Assembly: GCA_963833985.1 (NCBI GenBank)
Contig: CAWIAD010000002.1
Location: 6,208,001 to 6,272,000 of the forward strand
DNA from: an uncultured Planctomycetaceae bacterium
GTDB lineage: Bacteria; Planctomycetota; Planctomycetia; Isosphaerales; Isosphaeraceae
DNA: 64,000 nucleotides
Direction: 5' to 3'
The notes under the pieces are model-generated. The model was not told the DNA's origin and searched no databases. It saw only the letters and a list, made by a program, of their open reading frames with translations. Of the stretch, positions 30,188-41,123 are shown piece by piece; positions within the stretch are counted from its first letter, which is position 1; every line of letters begins with the position of its first letter. Both the position numbers and the translations under genes were made by a program.

Positions 30188-33100
30188 TTGTCCACGCGTG
30201 TTCACGAGTTGGCGAAAGAACTGGGACTCAAGAGCCAGGAGTTGCTCGAGCGGATCCAGAGTTGGGGGCTGGATGTCAAGGTCAGCGCACTGGCCAGCCT
30301 CGACGCGTCGACCGTGGAGCGAATCAGAACACTGATGGGACAGCCGCCGGTCTCGAAGAACGCCCCCTCCGGCGAAAGGCCCGCGCCAGCGCCGTCTCAA
30401 TCCCCCCCGCCGGCCCCCCGGCCCACGCCTCGCCCGGTGGCCTCGGTACCGTCGGCCGCTGCTGCGCCCGCCTCCGCGGGGGCGGCTCAGGGGCAAGCCG
30501 TGGGCGCCAGGCAGGCCGCCTCCGGCCCGGCACCCCCGGCCCCGGGCGCGCCGCCCGCACAGAGCCGGCCCCTCACCGCCGGGCCGCCGTCCGTTCCCCC
30601 CAGGACGAACGCGTCGCCGGCGGGCCCGGCTCCCACCGCTGCCACACAGGCTGCGCCGCCCTCGGGCCGCCCTCAGGGGGCCGGCCCGTCCCAGGAAGTC
30701 TCTCCGGGCTCCGCCCCCGCACCGGGCCCGGCGCGTTCCATACCGCTCAGCTCGCCTCCCCTGGCACGGCCCGGCGGAGGTTTTGGCGGATCACGCCCGG
30801 GGGGTGGACCCCTTTCTGCGCATACTCCGCACCGGGGCACCGGACTTCGTCCCGGCAGCTCGACCTTTGCTCCCCAGGCCGACTCGCGTTCCTCCCGTCC
30901 GCAAGGTCCGTCACCGTCACCGGGAGGCGCCGAAGGCAGCCCAGGGACCGCGAATTTCCAACCTTTGAAGCGGAGCGACTACATGTCTTCGGCGGGAATT
31001 CGCCCCCCTGTCCAGCGCGGCACGCCGCCATCGGCTCCCGCGCAGACAATGCAGAGGCGTCCGGGTGAAGAAGCCCCCACCGAAGGCGGCCGCCGCGATG
31101 CGCCCGCCGGTCCGCGCCGGCCGCTACCTCCCGTGGCGGCGCCCCAGGCGCCGGTGCATCGCCCAGGGGGGCCGGTTCGGCCCGCTGCCCGCCCCGGCGA
31201 GGGGAAGACGCAGCAGCCCGAGAAGCGGATGACCAAAGAGGAAGTGCTCACCCTCATGCGGTCCGGCCAGCTTGGCAACACGGCCGGTGCCGGCAGCCCG
31301 CCGACCGGACTCCGGGGGGGGCAGCCCCCGCGTGGGCCGGTCATGCCCGGGGCGCCGCGTGACCGTCCCGGTCCGGGTACCGGCACGATGCCCGGCTCGG
31401 GCCCGCGCCGCCCCCTTCCGGGCCCACCGGGAACGTCGCCCCATCCGGGAACCGCGCCGGCGGCTCCGCCCCCCTTCGAGGAAGAAGATGACCGCAAGGC
31501 CAAGGGGAGAGTCGGCTCCTCGGCCGACCGGGCCGGACGCCGCGCCCGCCGCAACGAGCGCGCCACCGAGCGCCGGGTCACCTCACCCTTGCCGGCAGCC
31601 TCCCTTCTGACCGAGGACGAGGAAGTGCGCCGCGTCCGCGCGGCCCGGCGCGGCCACAAGCCGGGCGGTCAGCGGTTCGCCCTCGCGCCCATGCGCAAGA
31701 ACAGCGCTCAGATCGAACCGCCGGTCACCGTCCGCAACCTCTCCGAGGCAATCGGCATCAAGGCCAATGACCTGCTGCGCAAGCTCATGGCCATGGGAGA
31801 AATGGCCACCATCAACGCCACCCTCGACGAGGACCTGGCGCAGATGCTCTCCGTGGAGTTCGGCGTCGAGCTCGAGATCGTGCACGTGCGCACCGCGGAG
31901 GACGATCTCCTCGACTCCCTGGCGCCCGCGGGGTCGTCCGAGGATCTCGTGCCCAGGCCGCCGGTGATCACGATCCTCGGCCATGTCGACCACGGCAAGA
32001 CGTCGCTGCTGGACCGCATCCGCAAGTCGAACGTGGTGCAGAGCGAAAGCGGTGGCATCACGCAGCACATCGGCGCTTACCAGGTCGAGTACAACGGCAA
32101 GCCCATCACCTTCGTGGACACGCCCGGTCACGAGGCCTTCACGGCCATGCGGGCACGCGGCGCCAACGTGACGGATATCGTCGTGCTGGTGGTTGCCGCC
32201 GATGACGGCGTCATGCCCCAGACCGTCGAGGCCATCGCGCATGCCAAGGCCGCCGAGGTGCCGATCGTCGTCGCGCTCAACAAGATCGATCTGCCCAACG
32301 CCGACTCGTCGGCGAACGTCAACAAGATCTATGGCGAGCTCTCGCAGCAGGTGCTGCATCCCGTCGAATGGGGCGGCGACATCGAGGTCGTCAAGACCTC
32401 GACGGTGACCGGACAGGGGATCTCCGACCTGCTGGCCACGCTCGAGGCGATCGCCGATCTCCACGAGCTGAAGGCCGATCCCAACCGGCCCGCCACCGGT
32501 ACGTGCCTCGAGGCTTCGCTCTCGGAGGGGCGCGGTGTGGTGGCGACCGTCCTTGTCCAGGACGGAACCCTGCACGTCGGTGATACCCTCGTCTGCGGCG
32601 ACGGCTATGGCCGCGTGCGGGCGCTCTTCGACGACCATGGCCGGTCGATCGACAAGGCCGGGCCCTCCACCCCGGTCGAGATCTCCGGCGTGGACGTCGT
32701 GCCGACCGCCGGCGAGACCTTCGCGGTGATCGACGATATCGCCCGCGCCCGCGAGATCGCCGAGGCCCGCCGGCTGCGCACCGCGACGCCGCACAGGCCG
32801 AGCGGCAGGCCGTCACGCTGGAAAACCTGTACAGCAAGATGGCCGAGAAGAAGGTCAAGAACCTGAACCTGATCATCAAGGCCGACGTCCAGGGCTCCAT
32901 CGAAGCGCTCACCAAGGAACTGGAGAAGCTCGAGAACAACGAGGTGCCGATCCGCATCCTGCTCAAGGGCGTCGGCGGCATCACCGACAGCGATATCCTG
33001 CTGGCCGAGGCCTCCCAGGCCATCGTCATCGGCTTCCGCGTCGCCCCCGACGACCGGGCAATCACCCAGGCCGAGGAAAAAGACATCGAGATCCGCCGCT

Positions 33101-33468
33101 ACGACATCATTTATCAGGTGACCGACGACATCAAGAAGGCCGTCGAGGGTCTGCTGGTACCGGAGATCAAGGAAGTTCACCTCGGCCGCGCCGTCGTCCG
33201 CCAGGTCTTCAAGATTTCCAAGGTCGGGGCCGTGGCGGGCTGCTTCGTGACGCAGGGCGTCATCGAACGCGGCGCCAAGGTGCGGCTCATCCGCGAGGGC
33301 CGCGAGATTTACAAGGGCGCGCTCGAGGCGCTCAAACGCTTCAAGGACGACGTCAAGGAGGTTCCCCAGAACTTCGAGTGCGGCATCAAGATCGGCAACT
33401 TTGACGATCTCAAGCCCGACGACGTCATCGAGGCGTACCGAGTCGACGTGATCCGCCGGACCCTGTAA
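30188..33468 (+). CDS. infB: Translation initiation factor IF-2, apparent 1-nt frameshift ~32781
   Basis: [40 protein letters not shown], then IIKADVQGS...[11 protein letters not shown]...ECGI in the second frame; TTG start after GGAGGAG. Confidence 0.95.
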
Positions 33469-33661
33469 CGGGCCAGGCTCATCGCCAGCGGCGGCGGCCG
33501 GCGGGCCGGCGGACCAGGACCTCTCGCCGTGGTCCACCACCGGCCCCCACCGCGGCATGCAGTGGCTGGCGCTTCGAGCCGTCTGGCGGCCGCCCTATGC
33601 CGGCCGCGGCGCGAGGTTTGCAACCCGCCTGGCACCGGTTGTCCCCGAGGTAGATTCATCC

Positions 33662-34118
33662 ATGTCCGCTCACCGAAACTTGCGTGTGGCCCAGGCGATC
33701 CGCGAGGTCGTGGCCCAGGCCGTCCTCTTCGAGGCCGCCGATCCGCGGATCCACTCCGTCACGGTCCTGCGCGGAGGTATCCGCGGACCTCCGGCATGCA
33801 ACGGTCCACGTGACGGTGATGGGAAACCAGGCGGAACAGGAGGGTGCCCTGCGCGGGCTCAAGCATGCCGCCGGTTTTTTTCAGTCGAAAGTCGCCGACC
33901 GCCTGCAAACTCGCTACACTCCGCTATTGACATTCAAACTCGATGACAGCGTCAAGAAATCGGTCGAGATGAGCCGGCTCATCGCCGAGGCCGTGGCGTC
34001 CGACCGCAAGCCCGCCGCCGCTGAGGACGCGCCCGAGGGCCCGGCTGAGGACGCCGGTGAGGCCGACGAGAACCCGCACGACCGTCCTCACAACGAGGCT
34101 CCTCCTGCGTCCTCCTGA
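33662..34118 (+). CDS. rbfA: Ribosome-binding factor A, apparent frameshift ~33770
   Basis: RNLRVAQAIRE...DPRI..VTV + EVSADLRHATV...LKHAAGFFQ...RYTPLLTFKLD; located after infB. Confidence 0.9.
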
Positions 34119-34220
34119 AAACCGCCCGGAGCCAGACGCCGATCCCGGTCCTCCGGACCTGCCGGACCCTCTGAAATTCCTACCATTCCCAGACCCTGTT
34201 CTTTTGTGATAACGAGTCTC

Positions 34221-35147
34221 ATGGCGACACAAAGTAAGTCTCAGTTCCTGACCGACGTCCATGCTCAGCTGAAACGGCGGTACAAGCCCCGGCCCGATCG
34301 CAACGCCGTTCGACTGAGCGTGCTGGAAGCCGTGGTTTATGGGATCTGCCACGAGGATGCCACCCGCGAGCAGGCCAACCAGGCGCTCTCCCGGTTCAAG
34401 GACCAATTCTTCGACTGGAACGAGGTCCGCGTCAGCCCGATTGCTGAAATCTCCGAGGCGCTCGCCGACATCCCCGACCCGCGCAGCCGGGCCGAACGGA
34501 TCCGCCGCTTCCTGCGCCAGCTCTTCTCCAAGACGTATGGCTTCACGCTCGAGCCGCTCACCAAGAAGCCGCTCAAGGAAGCGCTCAAGGTCCTGCACGC
34601 CTACGAAGCGTTCACCTCCGACTACGTCACCGCGACGGTGATCCAGCAAGCACTGGGCGGTCATGCAATTCCCGTCGATTCGGCCACGCGTCGGGCACTT
34701 CAGCGGCTGGGCATCGCCGAGAACGACCTGTCATCGCTCCGCGCGACTCTCGAACGAGCGGTCCCCAAGAACCGCGGTGCCGAGTTCCTCGAAATGCTCG
34801 AGGAGCTTGCCCACGATACCTGCGTGGAGAGCGATCCGGATTGCCCCCGTTGCGAACTGCGGAAGATCTGCACGTTCGCTCTGACACGCAAGAGCGAAGC
34901 AGCCCGCGCGGTCCAGGCGGCCGCAAAGGCCGCGGCAAAGGCCGCCGCCGAGGCCCGGAAGGCACCCAAGAAACCGTCCAGGGACGGTTCCAAGGACCGC
35001 CCCGCCCCTGCCCCTGCTCCTGTGCCTGCCCCTGCTCCTGCGCCAAGCCCTGCCGTCCATGCCAGCTCGGCCACCAGTAAAGCAGCTCCCAAGCAGGCCG
35101 CTCCCGTCCCCAAGTCTCCGCCCGGCAAGCGAAGCACAGGCAAGTAA
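34221..35147 (+). CDS. Endonuclease III/HhH-GPD-like protein with 4Fe-4S motif and Ala/Pro/Lys tail
   Basis: FFDWNEVRVS, HAIPVD, C-x6-C-x2-C-x5-C (CVESDPDCPRCELRKIC). Confidence 0.75.
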   Translation: MATQSKSQFLTDVHAQLKRRYKPRPDRNAVRLSVLEAVVYGICHEDATREQANQALSRFKDQFFDWNEVRVSPIAEISEALADIPDPRSRAERIRRFLRQLFSKTYGFTLEPLTKKPLKEALKVLHAYEAFTSDYVTATVIQQALGGHAIPVDSATRRALQRLGIAENDLSSLRATLERAVPKNRGAEFLEMLEELAHDTCVESDPDCPRCELRKICTFALTRKSEAARAVQAAAKAAAKAAAEARKAPKKPSRDGSKDRPAPAPAPVPAPAPAPSPAVHASSATSKAAPKQAAPVPKSPPGKRSTGK

Positions 35148-35198
35148 GCCGCCTCGAGCCGCCATGCGCGTCAAATTTTTTTGTTTGTTAACCTAGAC

Positions 35199-35250
35199 AG
35201 ACGGTCGCCCCTGCCTAAAACACAAGCGGCATGTGGCGGCCGTCTTTTTT
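35199..35250 (+). terminator. Probable intrinsic terminator of the nusA operon
   Basis: AGACGGTCGCC...GGCGGCCGTCT stem followed by a T run; unusually large loop with an inner TGCC/GGCA pair. Confidence 0.5.
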
Positions 35251-35312
35251 GCGTGTGCATGAAAGCAGTCGTCATGGGTCTGATTTCGTTTTTACGACTT
35301 TGGAGAATGACC

Positions 35313-35795
35313 ATGCGTACGCTTCTGGGACTCGTGGCTGCTTTTGCCCTGGCCGCCCCGGCCGTTGCCGCCGAAAAGGACATCGTGGATACCGCGGTCG
35401 CCGCGGGCTCGTTCAAGACACTGGTCGCCGCGGTCAAGGCCGCCGACCTGGTGGACACGCTCAAGGGTGAAGGGCCATTCACCGTCATGGCCCCGACCGA
35501 CGAGGCGTTCGCGAAGCTTCCCGAGGGGACCGTCGAGAGCCTGCTCAAGCCCGAGAACAAGGACAAGCTGATTGCCGTGCTCAAGTACCACGTCATCCCC
35601 GGCAAGGTGCTCGCGGCTGACGTGGTCAAGCTTGACGGCCAGGACGTGAAGACCGCGCAGGGGAGCACGGCGAAGATCGGAGTCAAGGACGGCGGCGTGA
35701 TGATCAACAACGCCAGGGTCGTGAAGACCGACATCGAGTGCAGCAACGGCGTGATCCACGTCATCGACACCGTGATCCTGCCGCCCGCTCAGTGA
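35313..35795 (+). CDS. Secreted fasciclin (FAS1) domain protein
   Basis: Signal peptide, [38 protein letters not shown]. Confidence 0.93.
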   Translation: MRTLLGLVAAFALAAPAVAAEKDIVDTAVAAGSFKTLVAAVKAADLVDTLKGEGPFTVMAPTDEAFAKLPEGTVESLLKPENKDKLIAVLKYHVIPGKVLAADVVKLDGQDVKTAQGSTAKIGVKDGGVMINNARVVKTDIECSNGVIHVIDTVILPPAQ

Positions 35796-36010
35796 GCTGT
35801 GGCCTCGGCATGATCGCCGCGACGATTCGAAACGCTGATTGACCGACCGCAGCCTGCCGGGATCTTTTTCCGGTCGGCCGCGGTCGTTTTCGTTGCCGGT
35901 TGCCGGAAACGCGCCGCGGATCGCACGGACACGCCCCTTGCCCGTAAGGTTTCGGTCGCTATGGACACACGCGATCAGTCGCATGGCAAATGAAGGCGGG
36001 GCGTGAGCAA

Positions 36011-36052
36011 CGATGCCACAGTCATGGAAAGAGTTCCATGACTGTGGCATCG
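36011..36052. repeat. Perfect 19-bp hairpin with 4-nt loop between convergent genes
   Basis: CGATGCCACAGTCATGGAA-AGAG-TTCCATGACTGTGGCATCG. Confidence 0.85.
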
Positions 36053-36151
36053 CAATCGGAAGCCTTCAAGGCTGGGTGGCCGCGATTTCAGGGAGTCTGA
36101 GCCCTCGACAGTCCCGTCCACTCGAGAAAGTCCGGGTCCAGATTCCTTCGC

Positions 36152-37309
36152 TCACGGGTTTTTTTGTCGGCCGACAGTGAGCGTGATGGGCTTGTTATCT
36201 TGCGTCTTGAATCTCGAGCGGAGTTCGAATCCATCGGGGATCGAGGCGTATTCGAACAAGCCGCCGACGTTGGGGTCAGGATGATCCTTCAAGACGTCGC
36301 GGCCACCGAGCTGGACAGCGAGGGCTGCCATCAAAAGGGCGCGGCGTGCCTCGATCCGAGCTTCGGCGCGTCGCACGTTGGCGAGCGCCGGAAAGAAAAC
36401 CTTGTAGACCGGGTTGGCGGTTTGCTTCACCGCCTCATTTTCGAATTCCTTCTCGAATTGATCCAGCGGCTGGCTCAGCAGCTGGATGCTCCGCTTGTAG
36501 CTCGCCCGCGTCGCCTCAGCGAGACGGAGCACGCCCTCCGGGGTGCCTCCACATTCCTCGATGAATGCGCGGGCTTTGTTGGCGGAACCGCGGCGTTGCC
36601 CCTCGGGTTCGTTGTTGATGAAGTCGAGCGCCTTCACGAGGCTCTCGGCGTCTTTCGCTCCTTTGACCTGGCGAATGAACCAGTCGAGCAGGAACGTTTC
36701 CTCGGTCTCCGTCGCCATGGCCGTGTTCATGCCCGCAGGCAGCGCGGCCAGGCGCATCCTCAGGCCTTTGATGAGCCCGGCATCGAGCTTGGACAGGTCG
36801 TGAGCGAGCGTCTCGATCGCCACGTGTTCTATCGCGTACCCGACGAGCAGCATGATATTCGTGCCGGTCAGCGACATGTGCCGGCCCAGGGTCATGGCGG
36901 CAACAATGTCGTCCACGGCCTGGTCGTTCTTGCCTTCCTCGAATCGGATGCGAGCGCGAAGGCAGGCGAGTGCGGCCAGGACCCGTGACGCCGGCGCCTG
37001 GGGGAATCTGACATAAATGCCCTCCTCCGGACTGACGCCCCAGTCACAACTTCGCTGTGCGGCCCCTTCGTGCAACATGGTCAGCGCGTAGTCCGCCTGG
37101 GCCACGAGCTGTCGGGCCTGATCGTCCAGGGGCGAAGTCAGGTACTCGTGGATTTTCGCTTGCTCGGCGTCCGTGAATTTGGGAAGTGTCGAAAACGCCT
37201 GCCAGTACTTGAGGGCGGCGTTTCCCGCTGAACCGGGAGGGCCATCGGCCGACGCGGACGTCATCGGTAGTGTGAAGGCCACCATTGCGAAACACAGTGT
37301 GCGCAGCAT
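36152..37309 (-). CDS. Secreted hypothetical protein (helical), last gene of an ECF operon
   Basis: Signal peptide ending ASA; NAALKYWQAF...CDWG; GAGG RBS. Confidence 0.75.
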   Translation of the reverse strand: MLRTLCFAMVAFTLPMTSASADGPPGSAGNAALKYWQAFSTLPKFTDAEQAKIHEYLTSPLDDQARQLVAQADYALTMLHEGAAQRSCDWGVSPEEGIYVRFPQAPASRVLAALACLRARIRFEEGKNDQAVDDIVAAMTLGRHMSLTGTNIMLLVGYAIEHVAIETLAHDLSKLDAGLIKGLRMRLAALPAGMNTAMATETEETFLLDWFIRQVKGAKDAESLVKALDFINNEPEGQRRGSANKARAFIEECGGTPEGVLRLAEATRASYKRSIQLLSQPLDQFEKEFENEAVKQTANPVYKVFFPALANVRRAEARIEARRALLMAALAVQLGGRDVLKDHPDPNVGGLFEYASIPDGFELRSRFKTQDNKPITLTVGRQKNP

Positions 37310-37371
37310 GAGCAATACCTCAAAATCAAAAGGTTCGGACGATCCAGGTCAGAAGAAAAGAATTCGCTCGG

Positions 37372-37806
37372 TTATTCGAGCAGATCTGCGGGAATCGAGG
37401 TTGAGGCGCGCGGTATGGCGGTCTCAACAAGAGGCCAGGTGAACGCAGGAAGCTTCTCCTCATCGGACAATCGTGGATCTTCCCGCCGGACGGCTATGCT
37501 GATGGAGTCAAAGGCCGGCCGACGAGCGGCTGGTTGCCGAGGCCCACTGTCGACGGGGACTGTTGGCTCCTTCTTGCCATGACTCGGATGCCACGCAAGC
37601 ACGGCGATCACGCAGGCGGCAGATGCAAGGCCGATCATGGTAGCCCTGACGGCCCAGCGCCGCGGCGCGATCGGTCTGGCACCTGGTACGGTTGCCAGCA
37701 ATAGGGCTTCCAGATGAGCAGGTACGGAGGGCTGGGGCAGCGAACGCAGCTGCGCTTTCAGCACTTCTCTCGTGCGGTCAAGGTGGGGAGACTCATCGGA
37801 TCGCAT
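37372..37806 (-). CDS. Putative membrane anti-sigma factor
   Basis: Overlaps the ECF sigma stop; LRSLPQPSVPAHLEALL followed by one TM helix. Confidence 0.6.
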   Translation of the reverse strand: MRSDESPHLDRTREVLKAQLRSLPQPSVPAHLEALLLATVPGARPIAPRRWAVRATMIGLASAACVIAVLAWHPSHGKKEPTVPVDSGPRQPAARRPAFDSISIAVRREDPRLSDEEKLPAFTWPLVETAIPRASTSIPADLLE

Positions 37807-38353
37807 GATCAGAGACCTCCTCGTTCAGCACAGTTCGCAAGCGCTCCAGGGCCTCGGAAGTTCGCCATTTCACGGTACCGATCGGTTCCTGAAGCACCAT
37901 GGCCATATCGCGATAGCTCAGTCCCTGTAGATAATGTAGCGCCAGCACGGTTCGCTGCGGGGGGGCAAGTTCATCAAGGGCCCGGTACAGGTGCCTGGAC
38001 TCGTCGCCCGCCATCGCCGTCTCAACTGGGTCGCTCGGCGGGACCGCCTGGCTCGAGAGCCGCCGGAGCATCCCGGTCGTTCGCTGCTGCAATCGCCGGC
38101 TATCGACGAATTTCGTGTAGGCGATCCGGTACAGCCAGGTCGCCAGGGTCGCCCGTCCCTGGAACGCGGCGATTTTCTCCCAGGCGGAGATGAACGTCTC
38201 CTGCGTGAGGTCTTCGGCCTGGTGAACGTCTCCCGTCAGGTGAACCAGCAACCGATAGACCTTTTGGTAATGCAAGCGAATCAGCTCGGCACACGCCCCC
38301 GGTCGGCCGCAACGCAGATTGCTCAACAAGCGTTCTTCCCCCGGTTCCCTCAC
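37793..38353 (-). CDS. ECF sigma-70 factor
   Basis: AEDLTQETF, TWLYRIA, GLSYRDMA..L..PIGTVKWR; GTG start after GGAG. Confidence 0.9.
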   Translation of the reverse strand: MREPGEERLLSNLRCGRPGACAELIRLHYQKVYRLLVHLTGDVHQAEDLTQETFISAWEKIAAFQGRATLATWLYRIAYTKFVDSRRLQQRTTGMLRRLSSQAVPPSDPVETAMAGDESRHLYRALDELAPPQRTVLALHYLQGLSYRDMAMVLQEPIGTVKWRTSEALERLRTVLNEEVSDHAIR

Positions 38354-38955
38354 GCGTTCTCCCCCGGCACAAAAGCGCTGCAAGCCCGCCTTCTACCTCA
38401 TTGGACGAATCGGACTGCCAAGGTGTTGGCGCAATCGGCGAAGGTACGCCAGGAATCCCCCGCAAAGCGAACGGCCGGCCGGGTCACCCAGGCGGGCTGG
38501 GCGGCCAGATGGCGAACACGCACGCGATGCACCCGTGAGTCACGCATCCGACCGTGGCGCTCGGCTCGGATCGACGCGGGTCTCCGCACGAGCGTGCTGG
38601 GCCGTGAGGTCTTCCGGGCAAGGACGGATCTATCACTGAATGTAGAGCGACGGACCGCACCGATGGCACTGTGTCAGGCCCCGGATCTACCAGATGCACC
38701 AGAGGGCTTGCTCGCAACTCTCGATCTCGTGCCTTCGCTCGGCAGCCAGCGAGATCATTGATGTTCGAAAGCCCCTGACGCCATCATGACCGTGAATCCG
38801 GCGAACCCAGTGGCCGCAACCAAAGGCAGGGCTCAACCGTTCGTTTGTGCAGCATCCAGAATAGATTTCTGGGCGATGTAGAGAACCAGGAGGTTGCTCC
38901 GACTACACGGTGGAGATTAACCCCGCTGCATGCCGAATCGAAAGGAGCGCAATCC

Positions 38956-39348
38956 ATGAAGTACATGCTGCTGATGTCGGGCACGAAGGCGGATTTCGAT
39001 TGGTACGCCGAGTGGTCCCAGGACGAACTCCAAACGCACTTCGCTTTCATGCACACTTTCAACAAGGAACTCAAGGCCTCGGGCGTATTCGTCGCGGCCG
39101 AAGGTCTGGGGTTCCCGGATCAGGCCAGGATCGTTCGCGCGGGAAGTGACGGGGCTCCGGTCACCGATGGGGTTTTTCCGGAAGCGAAAGAATTCCTCGC
39201 GGGATTCTGGATCGTGGACGTGGAAGGCCCGGAGCAGGCTTACGAGCTTGCCGCGCGGGTGTCGGCGGCGCCCGGGAACAGGTCCCGAGGCAATCAACCG
39301 ATCGAGGTTCGGCAAGTGATGAGCGGCCCACCGGAACCATCGCAGTGA
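38956..39348 (+). CDS. YciI/DGPF-family protein
   Basis: MKYMLL...VTDGVFPEAKEFLAGFWIVDV...IEVRQV; AAGGAG RBS. Confidence 0.9.
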   Translation: MKYMLLMSGTKADFDWYAEWSQDELQTHFAFMHTFNKELKASGVFVAAEGLGFPDQARIVRAGSDGAPVTDGVFPEAKEFLAGFWIVDVEGPEQAYELAARVSAAPGNRSRGNQPIEVRQVMSGPPEPSQ

Positions 39349-40601
39349 CAGGACAAACCGGGAATAGTCCAGTCGAGCACCTGCTGCGGGAATTGACGCC
39401 GCAGGTGCTCGGAACCGTGGTCCGAAGATTTCGCGACTTCGCCGCGGCGGAAGATGCCGTTCAGGAGGCTTCGCTTGCCGCGGCAATGCAGTGGCCACGC
39501 GAAGGTCTTCCGGACAACCCTCGCGCATGGCTGACGCACGCCGCGTTCCGGCGTATGGCCGACCACATTCGCAGTGAATCGGCGCGCCGGCGTCGCGAGA
39601 CCACGGTTGCTTTGGAGGCCGCGCTCACCCAAGAACCGACGGACATCGAAGCTTCGCCGCGGGAAGATGACACGTTAACACTTCTGTTTATGTGCTGCCA
39701 TCCCGCATTGAGCCCGACTACGGCGATCACACTGACATTGCGGGCGGTGGGCGGCTTGACCACGGCGGAGATCGCCCGCGCGTTTCTGGTGCCCGAAGCT
39801 ACCATGGCCCAGCGAACCAGCCGGGCCAAGCAAAGTATCAAGACCTCCGGCATTCCATTCCAGTTGCCGACCACCGAGGAACGGGCGCACCGCCTGCGCG
39901 CTGTTCTCCACGTCCTGTACCTCATCTTCAACGAAGGCTACTCAAGCAGCGTCGGTTCCGAGCTGCGTCGAGGCGAGTTGTCGAATGAGGCGATTCGCCT
40001 GACGCGAACTGTCCACAACCTGCAACCGGACGACACGGAGGTCGCGGGATTGCTCGCCCTCATGCTGTTGACCGATGCTCGCCGCGTTGCGCGAACCGGC
40101 TCCAAAGGTGAGCTGATCCCGCTCGCTCAGCAAGACAGGAAGCTCTGGGATCGGCAACAGATCGCGGAAGGCATCGCGCTGATCACGGCCACGCTTCCGA
40201 AAGGCTCGGTCGGCCCCTACCAGGTACAGGCCGCCATTGCCGCGGTTCACGATGAAGCGACTCGAGCCCAGGACACTGACTGGCCGCAGATCCTGGCGCT
40301 TTACGAAGTGCTCGGGCGCATGTCCGATAACCCAATGGTCGCGCTCAATCACGCGATCGCGGCGACGATGGTACACGGCGCGTCGAAGGGCCTGGAACTG
40401 CTGGACGCGCTCGAGGCCGACCCGCGCATCGCAGATCATCATCGTATGGACGCCGTCCGCGCACACTTGCTCGAGCTGGCGTCAGACTCCCAGGGCGCCG
40501 TCAGGCACTACCGGCTGGCGGCGAGCAAGACCGGGAGTCTCCCGGAGCGAAATTACCTTCTCATGCAAGCCGCTCGACTCGCTGGTGAACCGAGTCGATG
40601 A
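39345..40601 (+). CDS. ECF42-type sigma factor with C-terminal TPR-like extension
   Basis: AEDAVQEA, LLFMCCHPAL, VLYLIFNEGY, GPYQVQAAIAAVH, TDWPQI; coupled to the YciI gene. Confidence 0.9.
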   Translation: MTGQTGNSPVEHLLRELTPQVLGTVVRRFRDFAAAEDAVQEASLAAAMQWPREGLPDNPRAWLTHAAFRRMADHIRSESARRRRETTVALEAALTQEPTDIEASPREDDTLTLLFMCCHPALSPTTAITLTLRAVGGLTTAEIARAFLVPEATMAQRTSRAKQSIKTSGIPFQLPTTEERAHRLRAVLHVLYLIFNEGYSSSVGSELRRGELSNEAIRLTRTVHNLQPDDTEVAGLLALMLLTDARRVARTGSKGELIPLAQQDRKLWDRQQIAEGIALITATLPKGSVGPYQVQAAIAAVHDEATRAQDTDWPQILALYEVLGRMSDNPMVALNHAIAATMVHGASKGLELLDALEADPRIADHHRMDAVRAHLLELASDSQGAVRHYRLAASKTGSLPERNYLLMQAARLAGEPSR

Positions 40602-40617
40602 TCCAGGGAGCGACATC

Positions 40618-41004
40618 ATGACCTCCAGGCAAAAGCCACCCCAAGACATCGATGAGTATATCGGGCGATTTCCGACCGAGGTCCGGGAGATTCTTGAGCG
40701 GATCAGGACGACGATCCAGACCACGGCGCCCGACGCCGCGGAAACCATCAAGTACGGAATGCCGACGTTCACTCTTGAGGGCAACCTGGTTCACTTTGCT
40801 GCTTTCAAGAAGCATATCGGGTTTTTCCCGCCGACCAGGGGTGATGCGGAATTTCAGAAAGAGGCATCCGTCTATGAAGGGGAAAAGGGCAACCTGAAGT
40901 TTCCGCTTGACGCACCCATCCCTTACGGTTTGATCGGCAAAGCCGTGAAGTTCAGAGTCAAGGAAAACCGGGAGCGTGCCCGAGCAAAAGGAAGCAAGCG
41001 ATGA
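40618..41004 (+). CDS. DUF1801 (YdhG-like) protein
   Basis: IDEYI..FP, ETIKYGMPTF, HFAAFKKHIGFFP, KGNLKFP. Confidence 0.88.
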   Translation: MTSRQKPPQDIDEYIGRFPTEVREILERIRTTIQTTAPDAAETIKYGMPTFTLEGNLVHFAAFKKHIGFFPPTRGDAEFQKEASVYEGEKGNLKFPLDAPIPYGLIGKAVKFRVKENRERARAKGSKR

Positions 41005-41123
41005 CCGGGAATCGGAGCGGCAAGCGCCGGCGCGGGTCTTCGCCTGTCCGGCCGGCAACGAACGTCGCGTACACCGATCAGGAACCAGTGCCAGGTGACC
41101 TCCTTCGGCCACCGATCACGACC

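Noticed and set aside
32770..32840. Programmed frameshift or genuine split of infB
   Set aside because: No slippery sequence; one missing C restores the normal protein, matching the window-wide error pattern.
35000..35050. GCCCCTGCTCCT-type tandem repeats
   Set aside because: They simply encode a Pro-Ala linker within the CDS.
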